A stretch of 64,000 nt of DNA, taken from Xylographa opegraphella. Taxonomy: Eukaryota. The DNA is taken from contig JALDZX010000056.1 of assembly GCA_022813865.1 (NCBI GenBank), forward strand, positions 1 to 64,000. Reading direction: 5' to 3'. Below, one piece after another: positions 24,931-37,950 of this stretch. A model generated the notes under the pieces. It searched no databases and was not told where the DNA came from. It was given only the letters and a program-made list of their open reading frames with translations. Position 1 is the stretch's first letter, and each line of letters begins with the position of its first letter. Position numbers and translations under genes: made by a program.

Positions 24931-26856
24931 CATCGCTTGTCGAAGACTTGATATCGTGCTTGTCTGGGTTAGAGGTTCCTCAATATGTGTATAGTTTTCA
25001 AACACCGAGCAGACGGGCTAACCCCCGAGGTCGATGATATTCAATAAGCGAGACAAAAGAAGGAGGGTGTTTGGGAAAGGCATTAGAAGCTCAAGCGCTC
25101 ATGACGCTGTGCGTTGATGTCTAAAAAGTCCTGGATGTGGTGTGTTGTAGCTTGTGTGTACAGTGACTGTATGTACGGAAACAAGAAAACTCGGGTGAGC
25201 CGGCAGACGATACTTCGACTGACAGCACGTTAACGATGTGTCGACCCGTATTAAAGTGAGGAAATGCTGAGGCCGACTGAATGATAGTATGTAGCGAGGT
25301 GGAGTTTATAAGAATCGCCGTTGTTCCAATAATGTTGAAAAACACGATCGGTGATTAGTCTGACCGTGGATGGTTGCGCTGCCCGGTTGTGGCTGAACGC
25401 AAAGCCTCGCCAGCGGTCCGCAAGAACAAGTAAGTTTTCAGCGAATGGGAGCGACCCTCCCAATAATCGCTAGGACAATTAATGAGCTCTGATCGTGTCA
25501 TCGCATGCACCTCGGCAAGAGGCCGTGGGGGCCATTCTGAACACTGGAAGCACAAGGATATGTATCGGTCGGGTATAACTCACGGCTTGCGTTGGGGAGA
25601 CTGGGAGGACCTGTAAGATGAGGATCACAACAAAGGATCCGTTGGCGTGTCCTCACGGCTCGAGAGTCCGGTCTTCCAGACCATAGTAGAGAGAAAGACA
25701 GTCGAATGACTCGGGTTACGTGAACATAGGAATCTAGGCATCAACTGCCTGGCTCGTTCAAAGGGTTAGGCAGGAAGTACCTGCCTAAGGTAGCCCTCAG
25801 ATCCATGCTAACCACTTGGAGTGACCGCGTTCTCGAGTGTCATGCATGCGCTGCATTCGGCGGCATCCAACCCAGATTCTCGCCCGGTGACTGGTCGAGG
25901 ATAACGAAGGCTTCCCGGCGCCGACAGCTCGTCAAGAAGCCCAATCATCTGTGCGCTTGCACAGCGGCTGCAGAACCGCTTGAGCTGAAGGTGCAATGGA
26001 CCAGGGAGGCAGGCATGGGATACGCGGCAAGGCAGAGAAGGCATAGCATCGTGGTCATTTGCTGACCCATGCCTCACAGTCACCCGTGCATTATGAAGTG
26101 CGGGCAGCTGCTTATAATGAGCGGATGACAGGTGGCGGTGAATCAGCTCCAGATTATCGCCACTTTTGAACTTGACAAGAGGGATAGCTAGCCTTGGACA
26201 AATCGTGGATAGTGCCCCCCGGTCCCTTTCAGCCACTGTTTTCGTCATGAGGATGACGGCTGTGATGGAGATGCGCCTCGGTAACCGCCCTCCCCCGGCC
26301 CGGGTTGTACCTTACTGTACTATTTTACTTGGCATTGAGGCGGTGATCACATGCCGTGTACTGTGTACCTTATTGACACCCCTCCCACAAACATTGGACG
26401 TTTAGCTTCGTCTCACGATGAACTCGTTGAGGGAGCAGTCGGTTCAGACGCTCAACGAGTTCTCCAGTCGATCATTCCGTTCTTCTGCATGCCGCAATTT
26501 GGTGTGCAGACAAGGCATGCTGCATCCCATCGGCAAAGCATGATAGAAGTACATTGGATGTGTTCGTTGCTAGGTTACTGAACGAGATCTCGCAGAGCAT
26601 TCATGGTACATGTGATTCTGAAAGATGCATATTTGCGAGACGACCATAGAACACCACCAGTATTCCATACTTTCGAACTATTTGATGCACGAAACGAGCA
26701 ACACCGCCAGGCACAAATCACCAAACCAGCTTGGGTTGTATGATCCTTCGGACAACCACCTCGAACAATCGGTCTGGATCCACATCGGTCGTTGCGGATT
26801 CATCATAAGAGTGCGCAGAGGCTTCCCAATACTTTTCTCCATGATGGGTTCAGTTC

Positions 26857-28697
26857 TCAAAGCAAAAGACCAATGCCTATCGCTGCAATAACTGATGGCA
26901 ATATATGACTAAAGGCATCAAAAGTGGAGCTCTTCCAACCATGGTATCCAAACGCAATCGCTATCCTGCTACCACTGTTGGGTATCATATTCTCAGGTGT
27001 TTTGCTGGATTGTTGGCCGCCGCTCGTGGTCGCAGCTGATGCCCTAGGAGCGCTCGAGGGGTTCCCAGTTGACTTGTCAGATATGATATCAAATTCAACC
27101 TTGGCGAGCCAGATCTGGTATATTCCATTGTCCATACCGCCCTGCAGCTGAGAAGTCCAGCTTAACAGCAGATGACGTCCGTCACCACCAGCATCGTCTT
27201 CCGAGAGTATGGTTGAACCGTACCATCCGTTTTGGCGCTGATCAGACGGTGTACTCTGGGAGTAGAGGCTTTTGGCGAAGTACTGTCGGTTGAAGTATTC
27301 AGGGTGAGCTGTTCCAGCATAGTTGAAGCCTCCATTTCCGGGGGGTGATGAGTACAACGTTTGCTGCGGTGACCATGCGTATTTTACCAAGGCCTCAGCG
27401 TCCTCTTGCACAATGCCCTCACCACCTTTCCCTCCTTGTATCCATACTGGATCTGGTGCTACAGTGGATCGTCAATACGGAGACAGAGTTTCAGGACTAA
27501 AACAATTACCCAGAGGCTGGTTGAGGTCTAAAAACCGAACATAAAAGGTGGAGTCTGCCATTTTATTGAGGTAGATCATCAGATAGGTAGAGAAGTATGG
27601 GCCTGCTGTTATGAGCAAAGTAACCACAACGCTTCTCGTGCATTTTCTTACTGTAAAAGACGCTGCCTGAGGTGAATGTCCCTGAAAGATAGATCTGGGC
27701 ATAATCGCTGATGTTTGGACCCGGCGAGGTCTCGGAGAACTGAAGACTCCGAGGATCAAAGTATGAATAATCCGTGTATATTTCCACGTGGTCGAGATCG
27801 ACCCGAGCCACTTGCAGTCCGTTGTTGGCGGCTCCCAGAAGATATACGTCCCTTGTATCATTTCCGCTGGAGGGATCTCCGGTACTCGTGAACCCGAGCA
27901 ATGTCGCAAATCCTCCAAATGCAATTTCTGTACCGGGGATGATCAGGTCTCCTTCACGAGCTGCCATTGGACCAGAACTGGGAACTGTGATAGTCACTAA
28001 AGTCATACCCCTTGCCTGATACTCCTTGGATGGATCTTGTGGCTGGTAATCGACATATACTAGTGGTGCATACATGAAAGCCTGCGTTGTGCTTATTGGC
28101 GTTGGAGAAGTGCCGGGCCCTGGGTATTCGTGGTCAGCACTTCTTCCAATTTTGTAAAAGTGGCCAGAGGTTATTGAAACTTTTGCCCTCTCTTTCTGTA
28201 GCAATACACTATTCTCAGTACATACATATTGCCACCCTTTCTCGGCCCTTCATTTTGTTGTTGAATTGAAGTTCATCTGGCTGAAAGGGTACCCAGCCGC
28301 CGGTACCAACAGTGTCATTCGCAAGGATGGCGTACTCCTTCCTACCATGGTTGTCACTCCCTACCATCACAACGCCAAAGTCTTTCACGGTAGAGATGTT
28401 TTGATTCGGGTTGGCAACAGCGGCTGTGTTCGAGACAAATGACAACTGGTTCCCCTCATACCCAATACATTCCGAATCATCGTAGAGCCAAACGATATTT
28501 CCATTGATCAAGGCAGAATAGCCGCCATCGCGAGAGACGTTAGTAACATCTGGCGTAAGCTGCGGACCAAGGAGAGTAGTATTTTTGATGCTGATCTGAG
28601 TCCACGGCTCACACAACACAGGCACAATGGTACATGTCACAAGGCCTACCAGTGCCCGGGGAGTAAGAAGCTGTAAGCCAATGAAATTCATATGCAT
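26857..28697 (-). CDS. Secreted, probably GPI-anchored protein, DUF4185-like (4 exons)
   Basis: Signal-like N-terminus, SRDGGYSALINGNIVWLYDD, SFVSNTAA, RVAI|WPGTSPTP, SGSVFY|SPYFSTYL, FNYAGTAHP, YQIWLAKVEF, S/T-rich stalk and hydrophobic tail ILPSVIAAIGIGLLL*. Three GT-AG introns join the ORFs in frame. The family assignment is from memory of the motifs. Confidence 0.75.
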
Positions 28698-29706
28698 GAT
28701 TGGGAATAATGGGTACTAGTCGGTGGCAATCGGTCAGTGCACACAAGCCGTAATGATACGTTATGTGGTCGACGATGCTAAAGCCCGAATTCTCGATGAA
28801 ACAAAGAGAAAAAAGACTCTGAGGGGGTGGCTGATGTATTTCAACAACGCGGATGTAACTTACGTTTTGTTGTGGGAAGGCACAAGTGCAAGAGCGATAG
28901 CGACGATCCTGGTATCACGATTAGGGTTGCACTTGTCTAGGTCATCAATCCATGGATCCATTTTGGATAATAACAATGATAACTCCGTCACGGCCAACGA
29001 CGTCAGTTCATTCCAACTTTATCAGTTTTTAGTTGTATATGGAAAGTCATCATACTGAAGGAAGTTGCGCTTCATACTTGTTCATTGTAGCAGACATGCT
29101 GTCGCGCCAAATCGACGGTCGCTCTAATACCAGAGAGGATCATGAACTGAAGCACAATCCAATGACTGCTGCAGGCACGATTGAACAGCAAGCGCGGTCT
29201 GCAGGTTATTAGGCGCAGTTCGGTGTATCAGCAGACTTGAATTCAACAAGCACTGATGCCTCTCCTATGAAAGAGTGCTTTGAAGATCAGTACTTGGGAG
29301 GAACGTGCCGTTGAGTGCAATACCCTGCTGTTGTGCACCGTCTCCCGAGGTACCAACTTGTTCTCGTAAAAGCCTTTACGCAGGCATTCAGGACACAGGA
29401 GTGACAGACCGGCCCAATGAGGATTTCTCTTGGCTGCAGGACAATCGTCCTCACTATCTACCGTACCACCTACCTCAGTAGGTAGCTCAGGTAAGATACC
29501 CGTAAAACAGAGTCGACGGGCTCACAGGATCCTGGCATGATAATCGTCACCCTAGCACGATTACGGAACACTCCCTCGTCCTTACTAGCTCCTTACGATA
29601 TCGCCAAGCCAACTCATGCGCTAAGCCCACGAAGCCCACACAGATAACGCAAACTCCATAACAAATTCACCTTGACCAATATCGCTCTTTCGACCATACC
29701 GCAGAG

Positions 29707-30205
29707 ATGACGAAGCGCACAAAAAGTATGTATATTGCATTCAGTTCCTACGGTTGACAAACTCTTGCTAATAACGAAAAGAGGTTGGGGTGACGGGCAA
29801 GTATGGCACGAGGTAAGCTGCTACATACTCATCGACGATCAATATAGTGTAACTCCGATCTTTCCACCACAACAAGCTGCTGAACCAAATCCCTAGATAT
29901 GGTGCATCATTGCGCAAACAAGTCAAGAAGATGGAAATTACACAACACGCCCGGTACACCTGCACATTTTGCGGCAAGGTCTCAGTGAAGCGACATTCTG
30001 TGGGAATTTGGACCTGCAAGTCCTGTAAAAAGACTGTTGCTGGAGGTGCCTGGACCGTTTCGTAAGTTGCGAGTTTTGCTGATATAAATCGGGAGAATCG
30101 GCCAAGTAGTCAAGCAATGAGAAGCTGACTCATGGTCACAGAACACCTGCTGCTGCAGCTGTCCGTTCAACGATTCGACGTCTCAGGGAAATTGCAGAAG
30201 TCTGA
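29707..30205 (+). CDS. RPL43: 60S ribosomal protein L43/eL43 (L37a), 4 exons; absent from the ORF track
   Basis: Spliced: [92 protein letters not shown]. Introns at about 29726-29781, 29813-29896 and 30062-30141. Confidence 0.97.
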
Positions 30206-30969
30206 AGATAGAGGTTAATGGGTACACGAGGGATCTTCTAGCTACTGCGGCACTTTCACAAGAGGCCACTTTTCGAGTCATTAGTCGATAGGGAACTTGC
30301 GAAGCTACAATTCTAGCTTCACCACGAAGCAGGGTGTGAATACAGCCATTATTCGCTGTTCAGGGATAGTTTGACGACTTGCGGCTGCGAAAAGTTGAAT
30401 GATATGTAATGTGAAATAACCGCCGACCAGGATACTTCTGGCCGTGCAAGACTCGGGACCACTTCGCTGTTCGGATCTTCTTAAAACGCGAATAGCAGAC
30501 GTGATGGCATCAATGAATCGTGACCGGCATGAGAGGATTGAGACCAAGTTTACGACTAACAGGAACCTACTTCATCTCGTTGTTCTAAACAAAGGTACTA
30601 CTTACAGTGGCATTAGAGTGCTGAATTCATGACCGAACCTAGGAATCCACACGTAGATCGTCTGCGGCATTTTAACCATGAGCGGAACACTAACGCATCA
30701 TCATTTGCTACGAAAAGAAATTTATTGCGACCTATTCAAAATCTTGATGCTCAGTTGTTGCATGATTATTTTAAACATGATTTCATTACGCGCACCGTTC
30801 GTTCGTCACGTTCCGATCTTTCTTTAGGCTGTTTCGCTAGCGTCCTTTTTAAGGTTGTACCGACTTCAACTCTCTTCCTTCCTCTCCTACACACCAATAT
30901 TCAACTATCTCAACCATATGACTTCAATACTTTACTCGACGTGCACAACCCTTGTCATTTGTGAAAATA

Positions 30970-32958
30970 ATGGCAGAAACATGTATAGTTTGTTTGGGCG
31001 ACCTTGGCGAAAGCTCAGATGATTTTCTCCTCCCTTTGACCTCCGCAATCGAGGCAGGGCCTATAGACAGTCCAGGAAGTGGAGCCGTTCTCCCTCACAG
31101 TAATATCATATCTACGAACAGCTTTACTACGGAACCGGCTGATCTAATTGCTCACCTCTTGCCATGTGGCCACAACTTGCATGACGAATGTTTGAAGCCC
31201 TGGGTAGAACGTGCCAATAGTTGCCCCATTTGCAGACAGAACTTCAATCAAGTTGACTTGATTACAAGACTTGGGGGTAAGTAGTGCGCTTAACCGTTGA
31301 AATCTGACATCGCTAACAAAACGTGACTAGGTCCGGTTATCTCATCCTATGTCGTCAATGATCGGGTGCAAGTCGCAGACGTTGATCCTTCCATATTGAT
31401 CGAAGAATTCGATGATATAGACTCTCCACCATGTCCGAAGTGCGGTAATGATAACACCGACGATGTTCTCTTGCTTTGCGACGGTTGTGATCTTGGATAT
31501 CATCTATACTGCGTAGATCTTGATACAGTTCCAGAGGGTGAGTGGTTCTGTGACGATTGTACACTCAATCGAGTCATTGAGTCAAGCCTGGACCATACCG
31601 GACCTCGCAACCATCAAATCCCAAATAACCATGCACGCGCACAACAAAGGCGCTCGAGGTATCGTGCGCAGACAGAATCATCTAATTGGGCGCGTGTATG
31701 GCAGTCAGTCTGGGACCACCTCAATGTTGACCTTGACTTCCCTTATCACGACACCGCCAGTACAGCGCAACTTCGAAGATCGCAACGTCGGGAAGCAAAC
31801 CAGCGACGGGACATTCGGGAATGGGAGCGAAGATTCGAGGTTGCCGAAAGACAGGGTGGCTCCAACAGGTTTCGTGCCGCTGCTTCCGCGCTGCTACTGG
31901 AACCCCAAACCATATCAAGACCTCGTCCAGAACAGCCGGAGCCCGAGTCTGTCGAGGAGATATTGGCATGGAATGCGCTAGAGAAAGCCCGGGATATAGA
32001 ATCCGATCCCACACCGAAGTCCAGGAAACGAAAATCCACAACCAACTCACCATCCGATACAGATTCTATTAGAAAACGGCAGAAGCGTAGTTCCGCCTCT
32101 CAATCGCCAGCTGAGTCAATACCGGCTTTGCAGCCAGAAAGGCCTCTGAAGCGACCTCAAACCCGCCGGATTCACAACGTGGTTGAAACATTGAGTGATC
32201 CTTTGACCGAACCCGCAAACTCGCGGAATAATGTTACACAATCCCCTCGTATAGTTCAGCAATCAGAAATTGCTACCACTGGAAACGGACCGAGTTTTCT
32301 TCAATCTCTCTTGAAAGAAGTGGAATTATCGGAAGCGCCTGAAGAGGGAAAGGGGCAAACGCGTCCCTTATTCATACTAGCAAAAGCTGCTGCTTCCGGT
32401 TATTCTTCCCCCAGCTATACCTCTCCAGGCGCATCACCGACTGCATCAAATCACGCTACGCCACGAGCACTCTCTATCACGCCACCACCATCAATCTTTG
32501 TTAGGCCAGGTTCGCCTATTCCACTGAGTTCGATGGTCGAACCCATATATCCTCTACCTGGTTTCTCCCACGAACCCGATTCCTCACTCCCGGTCCGCCA
32601 AAACAGCGTTTCATCCTATCCACACGACGCTCAACGCTCACGTTCCGTTCTACAACAGATCCATTATTCAAGCCCGCCACGATCTGAGGAAGGATCGCCC
32701 AGTCGAATTAACATGCCTCTATCTACAAAATCAGAAATACAAAAACTGGTAAAAGATGCGCTGAGATTACCTTACAAGAACAATGAATTAACGAAAGATC
32801 AATATACCGATATCAACCGGCATGTCTCAAGGATGCTGTACGACAAAGTAGGTGAACGTTCACACCTTGACGGAGAAGCAGCGGAGACTTTGCGAAGCCT
32901 GGCCAGTGATGAAGTGACCAAAGCTATACGTTCATTGCGTTCGATGGAGGGGCGTTGA
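30970..32958 (+). CDS. RING and PHD finger protein (Asr1/PHRF1-like), 2 exons
   Basis: RING-H2 CIVC...[32 protein letters not shown]...[15 protein letters not shown]...WFCDDC, C-terminal helical domain [12 protein letters not shown]...[14 protein letters not shown]. Confidence 0.9.
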
Positions 32959-33734
32959 AAGCAATCTTCGAAATGTTTGAGGCGTGTATCGTCAGATTAA
33001 CGATCGTTACGATTTGATGAACCGTGGTCTTCAGATGTTAGCTCGATGGATCTTCGATACCCCATGTAACGCTTAAGCATGGATTTCAGCCGGGTTGGTA
33101 GTCATAGCTTCCAGGCATTATTTGGTGGCGCTGTAGCCTTCCAATATAGCTGATAATCAAAGACCTTATTGCAGACATATCTTATAAATTGCTGTTAGTC
33201 CAAGAAAAAATATGTACAAAGTATCAAACGCCATTAATTGTAATAGAAATTGCGATGGAACCCTGACAGGACGATGGGGATGCTGCAAATACAGCATACT
33301 AGCATCCGATCATCGATTGTATATCTACGCGTAACCTTGGTTTTTGGCATTTGGAAAGCGTTTTCTTTGAGCACACATTGGGAATTGAGCACTATATATA
33401 CGCAGTGGCTATCTAACAGTACACCTTAGGAAGAGAAGGTACCGCTAGCGAAAACAGACTGCCAAGTTCTTCTAAGCACCATTTAAATGATCAATATACT
33501 GATAGCGGCAATTGGAGCATTGACGATAAGGAATAGGTGCGATGATAAAAAAAGATACATGAAGCTCGAAAGAGAGAATTCTTTCATGGCGAGCTAGCTA
33601 TAGGGCTTAGAGAAGCTTGGCGGAGCTAGACAATTCTAGCGTATAATCAGTGCGCGAAAGACATCACTACTGTAGACTACCCATTACTCCATCTTGCGAT
33701 AAACTTACAAATAACGTGCCTTTACGTCGTGACG

Positions 33735-35489
33735 ATGCCTCGTCCGAAACGGAGCAAGCTCGTGTTGTCTGTGCTAACCCCAGAATATACTACAGTATCT
33801 CCGAAGAGAACTTTAAACGGTCACTCGTCGACTCACTCGTCGGTGCGCAACACTACCAATAGCGACGATAGCGAAGGCTTGATTATGACAATTCAAAGAG
33901 ACACAAAATCTCACTATACTGCTTCTGAGGAGATAAGTATGAGCGGCGCGTTGGCATCAGACGAGGTGAAAGGCTCTACGCGTTTACAACCACTACACAG
34001 TAGGCAGAGGGTCGCGCTTTCACGCGTCACCAGGGAGACAGACCAAGTGCGTGCTTTTGCAGGGATGGAAAAGAATAGGAACAAGATCTTAGCCAAGGCG
34101 AGAGCGCCGCAGATAGTCACACAGGAACTGAAGCCGCAAGATGCACAGGATGAGGATTTATTACCGTTTTCGATTCCCGGAGCGGAAGATGTGGCACAAA
34201 TAGCAGCGGAGACAGGAGACGTACATTGGGAAAAAGGGACAGTGGCAAGGGTCAAGTCAGCTCTGTTCTCTACCCGTAAATCACCGGCCACCCCCGGTGC
34301 GGAGTCTTCGATACTGGCGCTCACAAAATTCAAGCGCAGGCCTCGGCAACCCAGTATTCTTCAGATCGGACGACAGGATGATGCTGCGTCGGAGAGTGAG
34401 CTAGACGATATGCTCAACGGCTTCCATCCAGATGACGAATCAACCCCTTTCAATGTCATGACATTGGACGCGACCTTTCAACCTGTACCTATTTATCCAG
34501 CATATACTCCTCTGAGTACAGTATCTTCATTTCAAGATCGACAGATACTCAGCTCACAAAAGCCTAAGGTCACCCCTCCGAGGATTCTAGTCCCCAATTC
34601 GCAATCGTCTCCTGATCCTGTTTCGTCTTCCCCACCTCAGCCAGAAAATGAGCAGGTGTCACATTTGAACACCAGCCCCGGAGCCAGACTTTACGAATTG
34701 GATCCAGAATTGCCATCGAACATTCCAAGAGACCAACATTCTAATAAAATGTGGAGCGATATTATAGCCCCGCCTGCTAGTAGCAGTCCGCCTCAATCAC
34801 CTGACAACTCAATCAGGACGCAGAAAATTGGGTCTAAGCGCAAAGATGCTCCCTGGGAGCTCGAGGAAAGAGGAGTATCCACTTCTGTACCTTCTCAATC
34901 TAGATCGCAGCCACTCAAGTCCATTTCCACTGCCACTCTCCAAAATCTCCTTCCGCGCCGGCATCATCGGCCAGCTAAACGTGCCTCTGGTGTTATCAAC
35001 ATTAACGACAGCAGTGACGTGGAGTTTGAAACGCCGAAGATCGCGGAGGATGAAGACGAGCTTAGCTGTGCAGCGCCAACCGGCAGGAGGAGGGCGATCA
35101 TGCAAAATCGGAAACCGACGCAATCGACGAAGCCGCTGCTTACCGTGCAGAAGAAGAAACCGCGCATGACTGCGCAGAAATCTTATAGTAAACTGGACGG
35201 CAAAGGCAGCAGTGTGGCCAAGACCTATTCCCGACGTTTGTCTGACAAGGAAAACATAAGTGCTGGTAATGATAGTGTCAGATCAGATGAAAGGTCCGGC
35301 AGTCCTGTCGCCTGGGTCCCTGATAAATTAAGTGCGCAGGGTGAAACTGGAAAGAAAGACAGGGCTATGACAGTCAAGGCGATGACAGAGCTGAAGACAC
35401 TAGCTAAGAAATTTAAGGATGTGGACAAGTGGGAGATGGAGTTCGAGGAAGTGACAGCCAGCAGCAGCTCGCCTTGGGATGCGCGGTGA
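33735..35489 (+). CDS. Uncharacterised, largely disordered basic/Ser-Pro-rich protein
   Basis: Intronless ~584-codon ORF starting MPRPKRSK, with short ordered-looking motifs KFKRRPRQPSIL, ISTATLQNLLPRR and KKFKDVDKWEMEFEEV. Confidence 0.8.
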   Translation: MPRPKRSKLVLSVLTPEYTTVSPKRTLNGHSSTHSSVRNTTNSDDSEGLIMTIQRDTKSHYTASEEISMSGALASDEVKGSTRLQPLHSRQRVALSRVTRETDQVRAFAGMEKNRNKILAKARAPQIVTQELKPQDAQDEDLLPFSIPGAEDVAQIAAETGDVHWEKGTVARVKSALFSTRKSPATPGAESSILALTKFKRRPRQPSILQIGRQDDAASESELDDMLNGFHPDDESTPFNVMTLDATFQPVPIYPAYTPLSTVSSFQDRQILSSQKPKVTPPRILVPNSQSSPDPVSSSPPQPENEQVSHLNTSPGARLYELDPELPSNIPRDQHSNKMWSDIIAPPASSSPPQSPDNSIRTQKIGSKRKDAPWELEERGVSTSVPSQSRSQPLKSISTATLQNLLPRRHHRPAKRASGVININDSSDVEFETPKIAEDEDELSCAAPTGRRRAIMQNRKPTQSTKPLLTVQKKKPRMTAQKSYSKLDGKGSSVAKTYSRRLSDKENISAGNDSVRSDERSGSPVAWVPDKLSAQGETGKKDRAMTVKAMTELKTLAKKFKDVDKWEMEFEEVTASSSSPWDAR

Positions 35490-35933
35490 TTTAGTGTACT
35501 CAATCATGACCATTATTGCAATAGAGCACAATGGAGCAGGCTAAGATACCGCGAGAACACGATCAACGGCAGGCAGATAGCGTCCAGGAGACTTGGAGTT
35601 GCTACATTCAGGATTTACGTGATGCTACGCTGATGCTTAAAATGCTGGACCTAGGATACCATATTTCCAGCTTGACGAATAGAAGAACAGACTTTCTTCA
35701 TGCTTCAAAAGACTTTACAGCACTATAAGAACGCCTGTGCCAAGCACCTTTGCTGAGGTTTCTGACTCTGCTCACAAGAGTAAAGCAGAAGAACTCCCCA
35801 ACAAATTATAACCCTACAAGACTTGCCAATATACTTGGTCATCGCACCTGATACACATGGCTTTCGTTTCACTAGCGGAATGACAGGTTTTCGTGAGGGT
35901 TATACCATCGTCTCTGTTGACATAAAACACGAT

Positions 35934-37588
35934 CTATATTCCCCTAGTCGAAGACCCCTCAAGCCTTATCGGAGTTACACATCCGCTCCCTTCCCCGTTC
36001 GATCCCTTCTTTATAAGACTTATATTTTCCCTTAAAGCTACGTATTCCGAATCGGCATACCCTAGTATGCCGTAGATTTCAGCACTTCGAAGCCCCTTGA
36101 TTCGTCTAATCTCGGTAGCCGAGTAGGTAACAAGTGCCCTTCCAACTTCGTACGGCAGTGGATCCTGAGTCTCATAGTTAAAATGAGTGCTTCCATTGCT
36201 TTCCACAACTTCTTCGTGGCCACTCGCATTACCCAGCTTTCGCACCGCATTCGCAACTTGACTTAGGGGCACCGACGCAACATTCGTCAATCCGCTGACT
36301 TTCTTGACGACTACTAGTCTTACAGCTTCTTGCTGGGCGAACTGGCCCTCAACGTCGATCACTCCTACTGGAAGAAGTCCTGCCTTGCCTACAAGAGCAC
36401 GATAGGCGCCTTCGTCGATGTAGATGGTGCCATGGGGTTTGAGACCGTGCAAAAGCCAAAAGCGACGGTCGCGGATTGGGTGAGGATCTGGAAGAAAACG
36501 AGTATGTAAGGGCGATTTTGGAACTGGCCTAGTCATTAAGGGTGTTGTTGAGACAGGATTTTGCGCCTCATCGGTTGAAGGCGTTGCTGGACGCGAAGAT
36601 GGCCCTGATGTGTTGGCTTTCAGTGTTTGAACATAGTTCACTATATCAAAGACATTTTCTGGTTTCGAGGAACGCGTGATGATTGTTGTCACACCCGCAG
36701 ATGTAGCCAGACGAGCGGCTACGAGCTTGGTAGTCATGCCACCAGTTCCGAGAGCGGAACCGGAGCTTGAAACATCAGCCACGATCGAGGAAATATCCAT
36801 GACCACTTCGATGGGCAGGGCATCCGGGTGTGTCCGAGGATTGGCGGTATACAGACAATCAACATCCGTCATTAAAAAGAGATAGTCGGCCTGCACCATG
36901 CCAGCCGTGATAGCTGAAAGAGTGTCATTGTCACCGAATTTGATTTCCTGAGAGTTTTAGTCAGATACTAGATAAAGTGGCGTCTTCAACATACTGCGAC
37001 TGCGATTGTATCGTTCTCATTGACGATAGGTATTATGCCTCTGTTGAGCAACGCCGAGAAAGTATTTTGGGCATTTCTGTACTGAGTCCGCTGGGTTTTG
37101 GTCAGTAAATCTATAGTACCACGCCGTCCCTTTGCAAGCTCACATCTGCAATATCGTTTCTCGTCAATAATATCTGGGCGATTGGCTGCCTTAATTGTGA
37201 GAACAGAGTATCCCATAGGTTGATTAACTTGCACTGTCCGACGGCTGCTAATGCCTGCCACAAGCGTTATTTTGGATGCCGTCTTGGAAACCGATGACCT
37301 CTTGCCTGTATGCTTGGAAGATCCTTTGGCCTTTTCTCAACATCCATCCGCCGCATTCCCATTCCTACAGCCCCTGAAGACACAAGAACCACTCGGTGCC
37401 CATCTTTACGTAGCTTCACGGCAGTCTCTACTATGAGCGAGAGAATTGATATTATAGGCTCATGCGAGTGTTCATCTACAATGGAGCTTGTTCCTGCAGT
37501 GCGTTTATTAGTCGCTGCTTTGGTCAAAGGTTCCTTTTTCACGCATACCCAGCTTTATGACAATGGTGAAATGTTTGAGGCCCTTCAT
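35934..37588 (-). CDS. PRO1: Glutamate 5-kinase with PUA domain (about 5 exons)
   Basis: [96 protein letters not shown] region GLLPVGV...EVGRALV. Confidence 0.95.
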
Positions 37589-37950
37589 GCTTACCTTTGG
37601 TATCGAAATGTTCAGTTAAGCGGAGAGGATTTCGTAGCGATACATAGCAGCGAAACCTAAAGACTGTGAGGTGCAATATCCCGCCCTGATCAATGGCTAG
37701 AAATGACTGGATGCTCTGAGTCAAATAATGTTAAACAGTTATCTACCTTATGTACTTACTACAGTACGCTTACCACGGCATCAAATTGGACCGTATTTCC
37801 GCCTTCGCCGCCCTACGGGTCGGCCCGCTTTTGGGGCTTTGCGTAGGCGAATGGAGACCGACTGCGAAATCTGAAGTTATACCTGCGGTGCCTGCTACGT
37901 ACCTTCGTACTGCACTTTTTTCTGTCGCCAGGCCTGGAGTCTATCTTCCT

